This document shows positions 10,900-19,272 of a stretch of DNA of 64,000 bases, one piece after another. The stretch lies in the NCBI GenBank assembly GCA_951828385.1, contig OX639973.1, positions 2,407,200 to 2,471,199 of the forward strand, in the 5' to 3' direction. The translations under genes were made by a program, and so were the position numbers. The stretch is from an uncultured Poribacteria bacterium. GTDB lineage: Bacteria > Poribacteria > WGA-4E > WGA-3G. Every line of letters starts with the position of its first letter. The first letter of the stretch is position 1. The notes below the pieces were generated by a model that worked only from the letters and a program-made list of their open reading frames with translations, had not been told where the DNA came from and searched no databases.

Positions 10900-11045
10900 A
10901 TCTTTGGACCTTTGTCTGTCGCGTCTGATGCCCAAACAAACTGGAAACTAATGCATTTTTAGGATTGGTAAATCTTTAGCCCTCGTTAGTCGCGAGTTCC
11001 TTTCAACTAAAGCCTATAAGCGCAAATTGCATATAGTACCTTATG
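10897..11045 (+). repeat. Conserved intergenic block of the caspase tandem array (copy A)
   Basis: Colinear and highly similar to 13173-13321; ends in TATAGT-5nt-ATG. Confidence 0.8.
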
Positions 11046-13175
11046 AAAAAAATACCTTTATTTTTATTTTTTTATATTCTTTGCGGTGTAACCATGCTAA
11101 TTGTTGCAACCGAGCTGTTCTCGCAACGCGGTATGAGCGTTACTGTTCTCACAAAGAACGGGGAGGAATTTAACCTCTATAAAGATTCATACGCTTTGGT
11201 TATTGGAAATGGAGCATACCCCGTAAAGAACGGTTGGAATCCGCTCCCCGGTGCGATAAAGGATGTCAAAGAAGTCGCAGAAGTTCTTGAAAACCAAGGA
11301 TTTAATGTCACCCTGAAAATAGATGTGACAAAAGCTGAGTTTAACAAAGCGTTTTCGGAGTTCATCCATAAATCGGGGAAAGATAAAGATAACCGACTCC
11401 TGTTTTACTACGCGGGTCACGGTTACACGACGAAGGCGGCAACAGGTGAGGATCTCGGCTACCTCGTTATGCTCGATACACCGAGTCCTGAGAACACTGT
11501 CGAGTTTGATCTCTATAGTGTGGATATGGTCAAATTTGTGTCGGATTCCAAGAAGATTCATGCCAAACATGTCCTATTTATGTTCGATAGCTGCTTCTCA
11601 GGGACAGTGTTGAACCTGAGAAATCGTGTTACGCCCTCCCATATTACGGATCGGATTAAGAATCCTGTGCGCCAGTTCATCACAGCCGGTCGTGCGGATG
11701 AACCCGTGCCGGATAGGAGTGAGTTCAAGAAGGCGTTTTTGAACATCCTTGAAGGGCGCGTTGAAGAACCGACACCAGATGGTTACCTGACAGGTGTTGA
11801 GTTAGGAGATTACCTCTACCGAACGGTCCCAAAGTTCTCACGAGGACAACACCCACAACATGGGAAAATCCACGACCAGCAGCTCAATACAGGTGATTTT
11901 GTGTTTGTGCTTCCTCAAAACGATCAGAGCGGTAGTGAGGATACCGGTATTGAGTTGAACACGATAGCAACGTTGGACATAACCAGCACACCGAGTGGCG
12001 CAACGGTCTATGTTGATAGTATCGCAATCGGCATAACCCCCATTAAAGACTATCAAATTGATACCGGTATCCGTCTTGAAAAGCAGGTGAATGTCGGGTT
12101 GGAACTTTCAGGCTATAAGAGTCGTGTTAAGAAAATGACACTGAAAGGTGGTCAAGAGTTCCCTTGGGACGTATCTTTAGAAAAAATGGCCACACAACCC
12201 CTATTGCCGAAACCAAAGTCCGATATACAGGAAACAATAGTTGAGAAAGATGTTGATGTCAATGAGACGGAACCGGAGGAAATGACAAAAGAACCGGTGT
12301 CGCCAAAACAAAAGCCAAGTGTGCCAGAGATAATAGTTGAAGAAGATGTCAGCATCAATAAAAGAGAGCGTCTACCATCTACAGATTTGCCGCAGAGGAT
12401 TGTAGGCAAAGACGGTGCTGAAATGGTATTGATCCCGGCTGGGGACTTCCAGATGGGAAGCAACCATACTGGCGATTCTAATGAAAAGCCTGTGCATACG
12501 GTTTACGTTGATGCATTCTATATGGACATTCACGAAGTGACAGTTGGACAATATTATCAATTTACTGTTGCCACTGGACATCCCGCACCATCATACTCGC
12601 TTTCTCCATTTTCTCCGACAGATCGACATCCAATGGTCTATGTGAGTTGGCACGACGCGATGGCATACGCGAAATGGGCGGGTAAACGTCTACCGACAGA
12701 AGCAGAGTGGGAGAAAGCCGCACGCGGTGGCTATATTGGTCAGAAATATCCGTGGGGTAATGGTCCACCGGATGGGACCCAGTGTAATTTTGCGGATAAA
12801 AGCGGGGCGAACTCAGGCAGGTGGGAAAATTGGGATAAGAGTGCTGATGATGGTTACGTGTACACTGCTCCCGTCGGCAGTTATCCACCGAACGGATATG
12901 GTTTGTATGATATGGCAGGTAATGTATGGGAGTGGTGCTTTGATGCCTACGATGCGAATTTCTATGCAAGTTCTCCACCTCGGAATCCGATTGCAGGCAT
13001 CATTGTAACAAATATGACCGATAATTCAATAACTGTGAATGAATCTCGTGTGTTACGAGGCGGTTCTTGGACTCCTCATCCTCAAAATGTGCGTTCTGCA
13101 CACCGATGGTCATACGGAGCACATTCAGTGAGCTTCTCTGTTGGTTTCCGTTGTGTGAAACCAGTAACGCCTTGA
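11043..13175 (+). CDS. Secreted caspase (peptidase C14)-PEGA-FGE/CLec protein, copy 2 (intact)
   Basis: MKKIP signal peptide, FYYAGHG (His), MFDSCFSG (Cys), ITSTPSGATVYVD...GITP PEGA motif, SUMF1/FGE-family C-terminal motifs without the FGE catalytic cysteines. Confidence 0.9.
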   Translation: MKKIPLFLFFYILCGVTMLIVATELFSQRGMSVTVLTKNGEEFNLYKDSYALVIGNGAYPVKNGWNPLPGAIKDVKEVAEVLENQGFNVTLKIDVTKAEFNKAFSEFIHKSGKDKDNRLLFYYAGHGYTTKAATGEDLGYLVMLDTPSPENTVEFDLYSVDMVKFVSDSKKIHAKHVLFMFDSCFSGTVLNLRNRVTPSHITDRIKNPVRQFITAGRADEPVPDRSEFKKAFLNILEGRVEEPTPDGYLTGVELGDYLYRTVPKFSRGQHPQHGKIHDQQLNTGDFVFVLPQNDQSGSEDTGIELNTIATLDITSTPSGATVYVDSIAIGITPIKDYQIDTGIRLEKQVNVGLELSGYKSRVKKMTLKGGQEFPWDVSLEKMATQPLLPKPKSDIQETIVEKDVDVNETEPEEMTKEPVSPKQKPSVPEIIVEEDVSINKRERLPSTDLPQRIVGKDGAEMVLIPAGDFQMGSNHTGDSNEKPVHTVYVDAFYMDIHEVTVGQYYQFTVATGHPAPSYSLSPFSPTDRHPMVYVSWHDAMAYAKWAGKRLPTEAEWEKAARGGYIGQKYPWGNGPPDGTQCNFADKSGANSGRWENWDKSADDGYVYTAPVGSYPPNGYGLYDMAGNVWEWCFDAYDANFYASSPPRNPIAGIIVTNMTDNSITVNESRVLRGGSWTPHPQNVRSAHRWSYGAHSVSFSVGFRCVKPVTP

Positions 13176-13336
13176 ACTTTTTTACCTTTGTCTGATCCGC
13201 CTGATGCTCAAACAATTTGGAAACTGATGCATTTTCAGGATTGGTGAATCTTTAGTCTTCGTAGGTCGCGAGTTCCTTTCAACTAAAGCCTATAAGCACA
13301 AACTGCGTATAATATCCAATGAAAAAAATACCTTTA
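13173..13336 (+). repeat. Conserved intergenic block (copy B) plus the stranded first six codons (MKKIPL) of caspase copy 3
   Basis: Matches 10897-11060; ATG at 13319 is cut off by the IS at 13337. Confidence 0.8.
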
Positions 13337-14681
13337 CTGATATTTCTCAAAAGTTATTGTAAAGCAATGATTATCAGGGTTCTTTTGGTATTATTGTATG
13401 AAAATGCGTTATGAAGTCCGTAAGCGTCTGTCTTTCTCCAGTGAGTTGAAGTTGTATTTGATGAAAAGTGCGTCGTTCTGAGATGCTCATTTGTAGCAAC
13501 ATCAGATAACTCATCACTTTTATACCGAGGCTCACATACGCCCCTTGTCTGCTTTCGAGGCTCATGGCAGAGACGTGGAGGTTCGATTTGAAGTGCCGCC
13601 AAAACTGTTCAATACCGTGGTGTTGAGACCAAATCCTGAGAGCCTCAGAGGTGCGTAGGGGTTTTCCAAAGACTAAAAGGGTTCGTATCTTGCCTCTATC
13701 TCGGAAAAATAGGACGACACATTCCCCGAAAGTTGGACTTTCTGCTTTGAGGCGACAGGCGGGTTTATCACAGCCCCATTGATCCGCAGCCAGCGCCACG
13801 CGTCTTTTATGAACCGAAAGTTTCGCCTTTGTATCAGCGATAGTCATGACGTAGTTATTTTTTCCGTGAATCAATATAGAGGTAAACCCCAACTCCGATA
13901 AAGCCTCAACAAGTTTACGGCTCCCATACCATGAATCGAAGGTGATTGGATATTTTCTGATGTCTATGCCGTGGGTATCAAAGAACGCTAAGACTTCTTG
14001 GATCATGGTGATAACGAGAGTAGGTTTATCTGTGTTGCCGCGTCCTTGTTTACTGACGAGACGCATATCTAAGGGGATCACGCGATCTCCGCATTTCAGT
14101 GTGATGCCTAAGAGGTTCTGACACCAGATAGGCGTATTGTGTTTTTTCGAGTAGTAGTTTGAACAGTAAGATAACGTCTCGCCTTCACGCGGGAGATTGC
14201 TATCATCAATACTGACGGTGATACACCGCCGCGATTGTGTTGAAGCACTCTTACTTTCAGTGTCTTTGATGAAATCAACTGCCATCGCACATCCGAGCCG
14301 GAGATTCAAACATTTCGAGTGATAAAGGCTCAGGTTTCCAAGACTGCGATAAAGACGTGCTTTGGGAAGTTTCAAAGCATCGGCGACTTGATTCGGATTG
14401 TAAAGTCCAAAAAGATGGCAAACACAGAGCAGAAGTAGCGTCTCAACGATTTGCTGCCGCATCCGCTGAAAGTAAGAAGAAAGAAGGTCTTGAAAAAAGA
14501 TTGTAGATTTGATAAGGTGATCCTGCATGAGATGGCCTCCTAAAGGTTGTAGTTATCTCTTAGGATGCCATCTCATGCGCTAAAAATCAAGAAACTTTTT
14601 CAAAACCATCGCATTTTCACTTGGCTACACCTGCGATCTCTTGATTATTATTACCTCCTTGATAGATTTGAGAAATGCCAG
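13337..14681 (-). mobile_element. Insertion sequence, probably IS701 family (DDE)
   Basis: Terminal IRs CTGATATTTCTCAAA / TTTGAGAAATGCCAG (13/15); 5-bp direct repeat CTTTA at 13332-13336 and 14682-14686. Confidence 0.9.
13374..14528 (-). CDS. DDE transposase (IS701/IS4-like)
   Basis: VSIDDS, TFDSWYG, W...HGIEQFWR..KS motifs; AGGAGG RBS. Confidence 0.85.
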   Translation of the reverse strand: MQDHLIKSTIFFQDLLSSYFQRMRQQIVETLLLLCVCHLFGLYNPNQVADALKLPKARLYRSLGNLSLYHSKCLNLRLGCAMAVDFIKDTESKSASTQSRRCITVSIDDSNLPREGETLSYCSNYYSKKHNTPIWCQNLLGITLKCGDRVIPLDMRLVSKQGRGNTDKPTLVITMIQEVLAFFDTHGIDIRKYPITFDSWYGSRKLVEALSELGFTSILIHGKNNYVMTIADTKAKLSVHKRRVALAADQWGCDKPACRLKAESPTFGECVVLFFRDRGKIRTLLVFGKPLRTSEALRIWSQHHGIEQFWRHFKSNLHVSAMSLESRQGAYVSLGIKVMSYLMLLQMSISERRTFHQIQLQLTGERQTLTDFITHFHTIIPKEP

Positions 14682-16711
14682 CTTTATTTCTATTTTTTTG
14701 TATTCTTTGCGGTGTAACCATGCTTATTGCTGCAACCGATTTGTTTTCGCAACGCGGTATGAGTGTTACCGTCCAGACCGAGAGTGGAGAAGAGTTCGGT
14801 CTCTATAAAGACTCCCATGCGCTGATTATTGGAAATGGTGCATATCCCGTGGAGAACGGTTGGAATCCGCTTCCGGGTGCAGTGAAAGATGTTAAAGAAG
14901 TTGCAGAGATCCTTGAACGCCACGGATTCAAAGTAACCCTGAAAATAGATGTGACAAAGACTGAGTTCAATGAGGCATTTTCAGAATTTATCTACGATTT
15001 TGGTAAAGATCCGGACAACCGACTTCTATTTTACTACGCGGGTCACGGTTACACGACGAAGGCGGCAACAGGTGAGGATCTCGGCTACCTCGTCATGCTT
15101 GATACGCCAAGTCCTGAGAACGCCGCCAAGTTTGATCTGTATAGTGTGGATATGGTCAAGTTTGTATCCGACTCCAAGAAGATCCACGCCAAGCATGTGC
15201 TATTTATGTTTGATAGCTGCTTTTCTGGAACGGTGCTCAATCTTAGGAATCGGGTTACACCATCCCACATTACAGATCGAATCAAAAATCCGGTGCGTCA
15301 GTTCATCACAGCAGGTCGTGCCGATGAACCTGTGCCGGATAGGAGTGAGTTCAAGAAGGCGTTTTTGAACATCCTTGAAGGGCGCGTTGAAGAACCGACA
15401 CCAGATGGTTATTTGACAGGTGTCGAGTTAGGGGATTACCTCTACCGAACGGTGCCGAAGTTCTCACGAGGACAACACCCGCAACATGGAAAAATCCACG
15501 ACCAGCAGCTAAACACCGGTGATTTTGTGTTCGTACTTTCTCAAAACGATCAGAATGGTAGCGAGGATAACGGTATTGAGTTGAACACGATAGCGACGTT
15601 GGACATAACCAGCACACCGGCGGGCGCGAAAGTCTACGTTGACGGCAACTGGATTGGTACGACTCCGTTGCGCAGTTATCAATTTGATACGGGTATTCGT
15701 CTTGAAAAACAGGTGAATGTCGGCTTAGAGCTTTCGGGTTACAAAAGTCGTGTTAAGAGAATAACGCTAAAAGGCGGTCAACAGGTCCCGTGGGATGTGC
15801 ATTTAGAAAAGATAGAAAGAAAGCCGATACAACCGAAGCCGAGCGTGCCAGAAACACCTCCTGAGAAAGGTCCGAGTATCAGTGAAGAAAAACTGTTGAT
15901 TTCCCGGAATACGCTACAGACAATAGTTGGAAATGACGGTGCTGAGATGGTACTGATTCCAGCCGGCGAATTTGAGATGGGGCACAATGGTACGGCAATA
16001 ACAAAACCTGTGCACACTGTCTACGTTGATGCATTTTACATCGATAAATACGAGGTCACTGTTAGGCAATACAATCAATTCGTTCGTGCCACTGGACATC
16101 CTCCCTTACCGGATTCAGTATCTAAGTATTCTCCAACAGATCAACACCCCGTTGTCCTTGTGACTTGGGATGATGCGATGGCATACGCGAAGTGGACAGG
16201 AAAAAGACTTCCGACAGAGGCGGAATGGGAGAAAGCGGCGCGCGGTGGTTTAGCAGGAAAACGGCATGCCTGGGGCGATGCTGCGCTGGATGGAACACAG
16301 TGTAACTTTGCAGATAAGAGTTTGAACGAAGTGTGGGAGAAAGAAAGAAAACCAGAAGATAATTGGGCGGATAAAAGTATTGATGATGGTTACACACACG
16401 CTGCTCCTGTCGGTAGTTATCCACCGAATGGATATGGTTTATACGATATGGGGGGGAATGTGGCAGAATGGTGCTTTGATGCGTATGATGAAAATTTTTA
16501 TGCCAATTCTCCGCGTCGCAACCCAATAGCAGATATACTTATAAGAGATGGTGAAAATAATATAGTCGCTATTAATAAATTGCGCGTTTTGCGAGGTGGT
16601 TCTTGGTACTATTCGCAAGGGACAGTGTGGATCGCCAGTCGCCTTGGGATTGATCCCAAAAACGCGGCGAGCAGCCAAGGTTTTCGTTGTGCGAAATCGG
16701 TAGATCCTTAA
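14675..16711 (+). CDS. Caspase (C14)-PEGA-FGE/CLec protein, copy 3; native start displaced by the IS, in-frame ATG supplied by the IS end
   Basis: Same motifs as copy 2; ATG 14675 lies inside the IS inverted repeat. Confidence 0.8.
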   Translation: MPALFLFFCILCGVTMLIAATDLFSQRGMSVTVQTESGEEFGLYKDSHALIIGNGAYPVENGWNPLPGAVKDVKEVAEILERHGFKVTLKIDVTKTEFNEAFSEFIYDFGKDPDNRLLFYYAGHGYTTKAATGEDLGYLVMLDTPSPENAAKFDLYSVDMVKFVSDSKKIHAKHVLFMFDSCFSGTVLNLRNRVTPSHITDRIKNPVRQFITAGRADEPVPDRSEFKKAFLNILEGRVEEPTPDGYLTGVELGDYLYRTVPKFSRGQHPQHGKIHDQQLNTGDFVFVLSQNDQNGSEDNGIELNTIATLDITSTPAGAKVYVDGNWIGTTPLRSYQFDTGIRLEKQVNVGLELSGYKSRVKRITLKGGQQVPWDVHLEKIERKPIQPKPSVPETPPEKGPSISEEKLLISRNTLQTIVGNDGAEMVLIPAGEFEMGHNGTAITKPVHTVYVDAFYIDKYEVTVRQYNQFVRATGHPPLPDSVSKYSPTDQHPVVLVTWDDAMAYAKWTGKRLPTEAEWEKAARGGLAGKRHAWGDAALDGTQCNFADKSLNEVWEKERKPEDNWADKSIDDGYTHAAPVGSYPPNGYGLYDMGGNVAEWCFDAYDENFYANSPRRNPIADILIRDGENNIVAINKLRVLRGGSWYYSQGTVWIASRLGIDPKNAASSQGFRCAKSVDP

Positions 16712-16735
16712 ATCGTTATTTCTTATTTTCAACCT

Positions 16736-18898
16736 ATGAAACACATTATCATTTTACTTGCCTTAACGCTCCTTGCCTTGAATGCTTATAGTGCCAAAGA
16801 GGACTGTCATAACCTTGCCGGAGCGGGACCACAACCGATCCGAAAAGTCGCCAATGAAAACCTTGGCACTATCAACGACTATGAAACTGTTGTCAAAGAG
16901 GATACACGCGATGGTGTGACCTATCTATCCTTTATCGGTGGTAGCCAGCCCAAACCGAACGCCTGCGGACTCAATCCGAAAAACGCCAGACTCAACTGGA
17001 CAGGTTGGGGCGGTCCTATTGATACCGATAACGCCAGTATCGGTCAAGGTGTTGGGTTTCGTAACGAAATCGTTATTGGTGGTATCTATTTTGAGCGCGG
17101 ACTCGGTACGCATGCGAACGCCAAGATCATCTATAACCTCACTGGCGGCGATTATGTTAAATTTGAAGGGTATATCGGCATGTCAGACGAGACGGATCCA
17201 GATGCTTGTGGTAATGCTGGAAGTTCGATTTTTACTTTTAAGGTTGATGATAAGACAGTTTTTGAATCCGGAACCATCCAGGGCGCGGTTAACGGACTGA
17301 ATGTCCCACCAGTGAGAGTTTCTTTTGATATTCCCCCCAATGCGAAAGAGCTCGAAATCATCATCAATACTACAGAGGACGGAGCCTGTGCTGATCATGC
17401 AACGGTTGCTGATGCTAAACTCCTTGATGCTGATGCTGCAGCCACCACTACAACCCCTGAGACACCGATGACCGTCACGACAAGTAAACGGCTGGTGCGT
17501 GTCATCTATTTCGTGCCACTTAACCAGGCGCGGCAATGGAATTTTGAGGATACGCTTGATATACAACTGAAAGAGGTGCAGCAGATCTACGCTGAGCAGT
17601 TAGAAGAACACGGTTACGGCAGAAAAACTTTTGAAATCGAAACGGACAGCGACGGTAAGGTTGTAGTGCATTTTATCTCTGGTAGACAAAGTGACAAATA
17701 CTATCACACTGACACAATCCGCAAAGTTACTGATGAAATCAAGGCGCGCTTTAATGTTGAGCGCGATGTTTATCTCGTTGCTATTGAAAGCAGTGCAGAA
17801 CTGATTGAAGGAAGCTGCGGTGTCGCGTATTTAGATGGTGGCCCCGCGCTTGTCATATCGGCTGGTGATTGTGTCTCTAGTGATTACGGTGTCCCGTTGA
17901 TTGCGCATGAGCTCGGGCACGCCTTTAACTTAGAACACGATTTCCAGGACGATAGTTATTTTATGTCCTACGGGAGTAGTCGCCGAAAGTTTTCGGCATG
18001 CTCCGCAGCTGCGTTGAGCGTCAGCCCGTTCTTGAATCAAGAAGATCCTTATATCGCGACTGGTAATGGACAGTCTACAATGGAATTGGTTTCAGAACCG
18101 GTCTATCCGGAAAATGGCAGCAGTCATACGCTCCAGTTCAAAGTGGGTGACGCAGAGGGTATTCACATTGTTCACTTTCTTGTACCGCATCGCACTATAG
18201 ATCCGATGACCTCCAGCACAGGGGCAACGGTCTACGATTGCAAGAAACTCAACGATGTTAAAAGCGCGACCGTCTCATTTGAATTGCCGGAATACTTTAT
18301 GACTTTCCGTACCAATAAGGTCCATATCCGCATGTTTGATGTCCAGGGCAGCAGTATCGCGAAGGAGTGGACACTTACTGCTGACAATATAGAACCTATC
18401 ATTGTTGAGAACCACACGGATGTCAATAGCGATGGTGTGGTCAATCTCGTCGATCTTGTGATTGTCGCGTCGCGGTACGGTGAACGTATCACAGGCGATC
18501 CGAACCCGAATCCCGATGTCAATCGCGACGGCATTGTGGACATCAACGACCTTATTCTTATCACAAACGAGATGCCTGTCGGTGTTGCACCTACACAACT
18601 CCCAATCGCTACACAACTTTTTCATAACTACCCCAACCCGTTCAACCCTGAGACGTGGATACCGTATATACTCTCGTACTCCGCCGATGTCTCTATTGAG
18701 ATCCATGCAACCGATGGCAACCTCGTTAGACGCTTGGCAATCGGACAGCAACCGGCAGGCCTCTACGTAAACAAAGCGAATGCCGCCTATTGGGATGGCA
18801 GAAACGCCTTTGGTGAACCTATCGCAAGCGGTCTCTATTTCTATACGCTCATTGCTGGTGATTATGCAGCAACCCGCAAAATGATCATCCGAAGATGA
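16736..18898 (+). CDS. Secreted NPCBM/NEW2 + zincin metallopeptidase + dockerin-like + FlgD/T9SS-like C-terminal domain protein
   Basis: F.RGLGTHAN..I.Y.L (NPCBM), HELGHAFNLEHD plus Met-turn MSY, DVNSDGVVNLVDLV twice, NYPNPFNPETWIPY...YWDGRN..GE..ASG.YFY. Confidence 0.85.
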   Translation: MKHIIILLALTLLALNAYSAKEDCHNLAGAGPQPIRKVANENLGTINDYETVVKEDTRDGVTYLSFIGGSQPKPNACGLNPKNARLNWTGWGGPIDTDNASIGQGVGFRNEIVIGGIYFERGLGTHANAKIIYNLTGGDYVKFEGYIGMSDETDPDACGNAGSSIFTFKVDDKTVFESGTIQGAVNGLNVPPVRVSFDIPPNAKELEIIINTTEDGACADHATVADAKLLDADAAATTTTPETPMTVTTSKRLVRVIYFVPLNQARQWNFEDTLDIQLKEVQQIYAEQLEEHGYGRKTFEIETDSDGKVVVHFISGRQSDKYYHTDTIRKVTDEIKARFNVERDVYLVAIESSAELIEGSCGVAYLDGGPALVISAGDCVSSDYGVPLIAHELGHAFNLEHDFQDDSYFMSYGSSRRKFSACSAAALSVSPFLNQEDPYIATGNGQSTMELVSEPVYPENGSSHTLQFKVGDAEGIHIVHFLVPHRTIDPMTSSTGATVYDCKKLNDVKSATVSFELPEYFMTFRTNKVHIRMFDVQGSSIAKEWTLTADNIEPIIVENHTDVNSDGVVNLVDLVIVASRYGERITGDPNPNPDVNRDGIVDINDLILITNEMPVGVAPTQLPIATQLFHNYPNPFNPETWIPYILSYSADVSIEIHATDGNLVRRLAIGQQPAGLYVNKANAAYWDGRNAFGEPIASGLYFYTLIAGDYAATRKMIIRR

Positions 18899-19056
18899 AA
18901 AGTTCACACATCATCTGTAGACTGGAGGGTTGAGATCACCTCTTTTGGTTTTACCAAATAGTGGATTTGGGCAGATACGTTCTCATATCCTGCAGTCCAT
19001 TGAAATGTCTACGTATTTTTTATTCCACTATAAAATGCCCCTATGCTAAACTGATA

Positions 19057-19258
19057 CAGTAGTTTGGACAATTCATGTCGCATTTCAGTTGCGTTCTCAA
19101 AGGTTGAAAGGGTTTTCTTTGGTGTTTCATCTGCCACAGAACTCGCTGAAAAATAACGGTAACTGCGAATTTGCCACAGGAGACCAACGGTTTCCTATGC
19201 TACAAAAGAACCACAGGCTAACGGTCTCCTATGCTACAAAAAACTGTCCAAACTTTAG
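19057..19258. mobile_element. MITE-like element with a 10-12-bp target duplication immediately upstream of glgB
   Basis: TAAACTGATACA at 19047-19058 and 19259-19270; inverted ends AGTTTGGACA / TGTCCAAACT; two internal CACAGG...CCTATGCTACAAAA REP-like units. Confidence 0.75.
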
Positions 19259-19272
19259 TAAACTGATACATT

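Noticed and set aside
10897-11045. Integron attC sites between caspase genes
   Set aside because: No convincing RYYYAAC...GTTRRRY boxes and no integrase seen
10771-16711. Active diversity-generating retroelement
   Set aside because: No reverse transcriptase or template repeat in the window, and differences between copies include many third-position and synonymous changes rather than an adenine-only pattern; a remote DGR cannot be excluded
18275-18907. 210-aa minus-strand ORF
   Set aside because: Antisense to the dockerin/FlgD part of a well-supported gene
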